This document shows, one piece after another, positions 33,930-39,785 of a stretch of 39,785 nt of DNA. The DNA is from Halocafeteria seosinensis. Lineage: Eukaryota. The position numbers were made by a program, and so were the translations under genes. Under the pieces are notes generated by a model, which saw only the letters and a program-made list of their open reading frames with translations, did no database searches and was not told the DNA's origin. The stretch covers positions 1 to 39,785 of the forward strand of contig LVLI01001608.1 of the NCBI GenBank assembly GCA_001687465.1, read 5' to 3'. Position 1 is the first letter of the stretch, and each line of letters starts with the position of its first letter.

Positions 33930-35717
33930 GTTTCCCATGGGCTGCCTTGATTGTCGTATACTCCGGTTCGTCTTCATNAAGGTNTCCGGGAGACCGTCTC
34001 CCCGCAACGTACGTTGCGTTTCATTTCCACTTACGAACCCATGCGTATACAAGACACCGACAAACTTCTCAATTAGCTTTGAAGTAAGTTACACTCTCTA
34101 CGGTATACAGCTGTACAGTGCCCAGGTGTTTCTGTAACTTTGGTTTGCGCCAGTAGCCGTCGTAGTTGCACACACACATACCATACCGGTATATGGTACG
34201 GTTGTACCGTGTGTGTGTTGGTATGTGACAGGTAGTTTGCATCCGCGAGTCCGAATTTCAGACATTATCCCTAGGGGGAATATTTTTTGAAATTTGGGGT
34301 AGATCTGATCTATCCCCAGGGCCAAACGCACGGTAAAAGGTTGAGGTATTGAGCATCATTGTCGTTGGCTTTGACTCGATCCACGAAAACAGTTGTGGGC
34401 CCGCAGTACTCGCATTGTCGTTGAGGGAGTACGAGCCATACAGAGCCATATGTGGATACTACGTGTAGGAAGCAGTTCAGCATCATGCTTGTCCTGGTAA
34501 AAAATAGCGACATAAGTGACTTGTTACTTGAATATTACGGAGTCCACATTTCCTCTACAGTATGCAGCTCGGCTGCGGCTCCAGTCTCAAGGAATGTTAT
34601 ACAGTCGTTCATCTACAGTTTTTTTTATCATATGCGAGCTTGTCGACCTCTATTACCGTATAACGGACATGCACAATGACATACAGTATCGAATGTCAAT
34701 ACACTCATTAAGGGAGTTGGGGATCGTAACAAACTAAGGAGGAATCGCAAAATTTTGCAATGTTTAAAAGAAGCATGAATTGGTGTTGTACAGTGTAGTG
34801 GAATCGAATGTTGATGGGGACATAATCACCGATAACTGTGCTTTATGCACCAGATTTAACAAAGTGGTAGGCAAAATATGTATAAAGTTATTCACTGGCT
34901 GCCGTGTATGTATTGCAACTGAACGAGCATAGGGTGACTAGAGGGGCCGACGCAGGCAGGTTCGCTTTGAAAGTGTGTGGAGACTCGTGTCTTCGTACAA
35001 TAGACGGAAAGGTCATCGCTTTCGGAATCGGAAATGACAAGTTCGCTCGTGGCGACCGAGCACCACGATAACGCAGAAAGGGTGCCCACAACGGTGTTGG
35101 TCGCGTCATAGATTCCATGGTCCGTGATCCTCAAACTATGGCTTTGGTCAACCTGGAATTTCGACCCATAAGCAAATCCAGCAAATATTTGGAGCTAATA
35201 CGAGCAGCAGCTACACGGCATACTCTAATGATTCCTCCGCACTGAGATGCACTGTCGTGACAATTCAGCTCCTTTTTCGGAGGAGCAGGCCCAGCAAGTG
35301 AAAAAAGTGAACGGCTCTACCATGGGCTTTCGCTATCCCTCTTCAAGAAGATTCTACAAGACTTCGTTGATGCAACCGTACGTGCCGTGGTCATGGTGCA
35401 AGCAGCGCTGTGCTTCGAGCGTCGCATTAAAGTGCTCAATGCGCCGCAGCTCACAACTGTTTACCTATGGTTATGTGGGGTATCCTCTTCCAAGCTACCG
35501 CGACTTCAGGGGGAAATTGAGCTTCAGGAAGCCTCCAGCGCAGCATGTGAAGATCCCGTCCCGCAACTTCACAACAAAAACTGTGGAAGGAAGTGCAAAC
35601 ATGTATGTTATTCGACGCTATTATTCTTCCAGAACTGGTACTGTCCAGTGCAAACAATGCCCTAGAAGAAAGTGTATTGGTTTGTGGAAGCTGTAGTGAG
35701 CTGACAAGGGAAAAATC

Positions 35718-37276
35718 ATGAGCGAGAGTCCGCAGGTACGTGTGAGAACACCCCCATCGAGGAAGTGTGCGTGGTATATATGTGTACAAGGGGGTTTATT
35801 AACGTCTACATGCAGGATACCACTCCTCGTGGGTCGAGCATTAAAGTGTACACGGAAGCTGTGGCTGGCGGGACCACGGACAAACACAGGATCCTGGAAC
35901 AGGTGCTGGGCGACATTAGTCGTGTGTCAGAACTCAACGCCTTTATCACCGTTCTGAGTGCCGAGCAAGCTTTGAGGCTCAATTCAACGTATGAACAAGA
36001 GCAGGGCACCGGGGAGGAAACTGCAGAGAAACCACTTCGAGGAGTACCGTTTTGTATAGAAGATTGCTTTGATCTACCCGGGGTCAAGACGACAGCGGGC
36101 ACTCCAGCGTTAGCAGACAATCTCGTAGGTGAAGATAAGCAGCCCCTGGAATGCATCCAGAGATTGCTGCGGGCGGGAGCTATCCCTGTCGGCAAGAACA
36201 ACATGCACGAGCTGGGATTTGGGACCAGCGGTATTAATCCACATACAGGAGCAACTAAGAACCCTCACAATACGGCGTTCATTGCTGGTGGAGCTGCTTC
36301 GGGAACAGGAGCCATTGTTGGAGCTGGCGTCACCCCTTTCGGCATTGGAAATGACGACGGTGGTTCATCACAAATATCGGCAGTATTTTGTGGTTGCCAC
36401 TCATTCCGGCCCTCGACCAGGAGATATACGGACAATGCAGCGTCCGATTGCGTTCTGCGGCTGTGTTCAACGCGGGATGCTCCGGTTCCGATGGCTCGCA
36501 CTGTGAGTGACTTATCCCTCCTAGATTCGATATTGGCAGGAGAAAGCCATCCGACAAGAGTCGATCCGCTACCTCCAGCAGAATGTAAGATCGGGGTTCC
36601 AAACCGGTTCTTTTGGGACAACCTCGACGACGGTGTCAAGTTCTTGTGTACCAGACTTTTGGGGCGATTGCGTAACAGGGGAGTCGCCATCCAACCCATT
36701 GATTTTCCGGAGGAGCTTATTTCCTTGAACAAAGACCTATCGTCGAAAATGTTGCTTCACGAAGCCTCGAATGACATCACCAATTACCTTCAACATCACC
36801 AGATGCATAAACCCCGCAATCTCCAGGAAGTAACAGGACAGGCGAAGTCTCCGAACATTCATGAGGCACTATTTGTGGACAGTCCTCATTCTGAGTCGGC
36901 ATGTAAAGAACTCGTCAACACCAAACGCTCACGGTTGCAACAGCTGCTGAAAGAAGTAATGGAGTTCCACGGTGTTAAGGCGATCGTCATGCCGACAACC
37001 CCCGTACCCCCTTCAACAATACGGGAGGGAGAGTTTGTAACTCTAGACGATACGCAGCATCCCATGTTTGCGACGCATATTCGCAACACAGAATTTTCTG
37101 CGAATGCTGGACTACCTAGCTTATCCATGAGCATAGGGAAAACTAGATCGCACAACGTTCCTGTTGGGATTAGCGTCGACGGTATTCCGGGCAGCGATAG
37201 AGACTTGCTAGGAATGGGATGTTTGCTCGATAAGATAATACCTGAAGTAGAACTTCCAAACATCAATGAACTTTAA
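35718..37276 (+). CDS. Amidase-signature protein, indoleacetamide/mandelamide hydrolase-like, probably catalytically impaired; 2 exons, about 492 aa
   Basis: Exons 35718-35735 and 35816-37276 (intron GTACGT...TGCAG). Motifs LNAFIT, PLRGVP, TTAGTPAL, GKNNMHELGFGTSG, TKNPHN, FRPSTRRY, PTTP, IRNT...NAGLPSLS, PVGISVDGIPGSDRDLL. Confidence 0.88.
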
Positions 37277-37316
37277 GGCGTGCACTCTATTGATAACAGC
37301 TCCACTGACTGAGTCT

Positions 37317-39292
37317 TTATCCGCAGCCCTCGATCTCCGTCAATGCGAATTCTTTTACGGGCCCCATATTAAGAACATCTTGCGTCCATGTTAAGGGACA
37401 AAATGTATCCGGTGTAAATGAGCCCGGTTCTGTAGAGACGGTCAATGTGGACCTACCCTCCAGATGGTTAATGAGTTTGCTCACAGTTACTGATTTGTCG
37501 ATCAGATACATGAAATACATACCATAGTCCACAAGGACATCATCACATGTCTCTCCCTCGTCGCCACTTGTTTGCCACCAAACGATCTGATGAGTGGTAA
37601 TCATATGTACATTCCACGAAATGAGGGCGTCTCCATTATGCCACAGTGGCCAAATCGCAGTTACCCCTCGACAACTTCCTTTGGAGGTGAGAACGCGCGA
37701 ACCAAAAATGAAGAACTGAGAGTCCACGGAAGCATCTTGTGGAAACTCACGAAGCTTGGGAATCCGTCTCGCATCTAGTTTGTTGAATGGTAGGGGAGCA
37801 TTTCGGCTTTGGCTCAACGAGAGTCCACTTCTCGAGGGGCCTCGAGTAGTGGGTGGGCCATACAGCAGCAATGCTTCTAAATTATACATTGCTGCAAACC
37901 CCTCCATGTCACGAAGAAAGACGTACGGAGTTCCATAAAAAGCAGCTTCCTCCATGGACTCTGTCCCTAAAGTGAACCAGCGTTCTAGGTGTACGCCGTC
38001 GGTGTAATACACGGGTTTGATCTCCAAGCACTTGGTCGGGAGAGCAATGATAGTCCTTAACGAGCACAGGTGGGGAGCCCAAAGGCATATAAGCCCGTTA
38101 CGAAGAGCCACCAGTGCTGTTATCGCATTTGTATTTCCAGTATCATCAGCAAGTGACAACATAGCTAACCGCTCTATCTCGACTCCAAGTGGGAGTGCTA
38201 TTCGGGCAGCTTGTGGTTCACTCTCCTTATGAAACTGTAGCACCCGTTGCTGATGATACTTTGAACCTGTCGTCAACCACCGGTTCGCCCCAAAATAAAG
38301 CGCAGGAGGTGGGGCGTCAGGATGGTCGGAGAGCCCTTGTGCATACTGTCCACGCTCCCAGGATACCCACTCGGGTGCTGCTTGCTCCCGGCTAGAAAGG
38401 CAGTGAACAAGCTCCTCGGAATTGATGCTAACTACTAGAGCACGATTTCGTTGATAACAGCCGATCAAAAATGCTAATCGGTTCTTATACGGTATCCATC
38501 TGACTGTATGCCCCTTCGAGACTGAGTGAATGTCCTCCACCTCAAAAACCCACGACTTGAGGTGGTGTCGTGCTATTCGGCCGGACGCAGGCATATAATA
38601 GAATACGTATAGTTCCACGCAGCTGACGGTTGATGAAGGATATAGATGCCGAAGAACCAGGTTAGGTAAAAACGGATGAGCTAACAATTTCCAAACTGGA
38701 TCATTTACATCCCAGGAAGACTGAAACTCGAGGCTTACGCGTTTTCCCCATTTTCTGTTTTCCCATCTAGCCAGAATTTTCAGTCTGTCCTGCTTTGGCA
38801 GCGTGCCGATGGACAGCCTCGTCTGGGCGTGAACAATTGACATGGTTGGACCGTTGCTGCGTTTTTGCTGAGAATTTCGACGGCTTGGTGGTATGACTAG
38901 CTCGAGGACGTGTTCCTTGGCAGCATCCTTGGGAGATAGTTTGCTATCATCTGTTGATGGTGTTGCATGTTCTACCTCGTCACTCTCTAGTTGTCGTTGC
39001 TTTTGTTCTTCTCGCTCTCTCGCCAATGCTGAACAAATAAAAACCATGCATATGTACCACACCACACCACACCACACCACACCACACCACACCACACCAC
39101 AGTGTGTGACATTGAATTGGTGCCCCACATACCTTCCCGTTGCTCCTCTAACGCTTGCAGGAACGCTTCCGAGGGCTCCACGTGTTGTCTGCGTCCCCGT
39201 CCACGGGATTCTCTACCACGACCACCTCCACGCCTCCTCCTCCTTTGACGTCTGCTCCCATTATCACCCGGAGCCTGTCGCTTTCGCGGCAT
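37317..39292 (-). CDS. Hypothetical protein with Arg/Gly-rich N-terminus and beta-rich C-terminal region; 2 exons, about 623 aa
   Basis: Exons 39292-39133 and 39028-37317 joined by a GTATGT...TTCAG intron give a continuous frame (..EEQRE-ALAREREEQK..). No family recognised. Confidence 0.7.
39056..39100. repeat. (ACCAC)9 pentanucleotide repeat inside the intron
   Basis: Seen directly in sequence. Confidence 0.95.
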
Positions 39293-39558
39293 TTCACCGC
39301 TCAACTAACTGCCCAAATCACCCCATACCCAGTATATATATATTGTTACTCTACAACACTAGTGTCATGCTATCTCTAATTTAATGCCCTTGTACCGGCG
39401 TCAAAATGGCAACTTCACATCCTCATCTTCACAAACTTCCACCTATCTATATTGTACCTATGTATGGTAGCCGTGTATTATAGAGTGTATAGAGGTCTCA
39501 GTGAGGTAAATTTTTTGGGGGATTTTTACGGAACAATCTGTGTTGCTTTTGAAATTGT

Positions 39559-39785
39559 CTACCCGGTGGGTAGGTGGAGCAGAAAAGAGAGAGAATGGCA
39601 GCTTCCCAGCCCCATCAACTTCAACACGATGATACTGTAGGAAGAGGAAGAGGAAGAGGAGGAGGAGGAGGAGGAGCCTCTTCGGTGGTGGTGGAGGAGT
39701 CCTCGGAAGGGAGGTTCAAGATGATGGAAGTCAAGGACCCGGAGATTGCACTCGGCGAGGAGGGAGATGAAGGCGTGGCGTTCAG
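39559..39785 (-). CDS. Possible 3' end of a gene entering from beyond the window
   Basis: An open frame from the window edge reads ERHAFISLLAECNLRVLDFHHLEPPF...poly-Ser...IIVLKL and ends in TAG at 39561-39559. Confidence 0.35.
   Translation of the reverse strand, partial: ERHAFISLLAECNLRVLDFHHLEPPFRGLLHHHRRGSSSSSSSSSSSSYSIIVLKLMGLGSCHSLSFLLHLPTG

Noticed and set aside
33978..33984. Two N bases
   Set aside because: Assembly ambiguity, not biology; it lowers confidence in fine detail near the retroelement 5' flank.
34250..35700. Several 60-150 aa ORFs upstream of the amidase
   Set aside because: No recognisable motifs or consistent splice model; could be a pseudogene but unsupported.
39056..39128. 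CGVVW repeat peptide at the start of the 603-aa ORF call, and any CRISPR-like reading of the repeat
   Set aside because: It is a spacerless (ACCAC)9 microsatellite inside a canonical intron.
6415..39292. Alternative genetic code or introner-type repeated introns
   Set aside because: All conserved genes translate cleanly with the standard code after GT-AG splicing, and the introns show no evident similarity to each other.

Overview
Gene-dense eukaryotic (probably protist; lineage not determinable here) nuclear DNA with short GT-AG introns of about 60-120 nt and the standard genetic code. Recognisable genes: valyl-tRNA synthetase (9 exons, likely organellar presequence), an intronless exportin-6-like karyopherin, lipoyl synthase, DDX51/Dbp6 DEAD-box helicase, an R2R3-type MYB protein, a BAR-domain protein, an SLC9B/NHA-type Na+/H+ antiporter, UBA4/MOCS3, an indoleacetamide-hydrolase-like amidase that has lost two of three catalytic residues, and two or three proteins of unknown function. 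Accessory DNA: an internally deleted hAT transposon with perfect 15-bp TIRs (2900-4514), two decayed RLE-type (CRE-clade-like) non-LTR retrotransposon fragments (1-710 and about 32400-33700), and two diverged relic copies of an unidentified gene flanking UBA4. No rRNA, tRNA or CRISPR array was recognised. I found no clearly new multi-gene system. The best leads are the intron-bearing bacterial-type pseudo-amidase, the exportin-6 candidate and the unidentified duplicated relic family. All family assignments are by motif recognition, with no database search.
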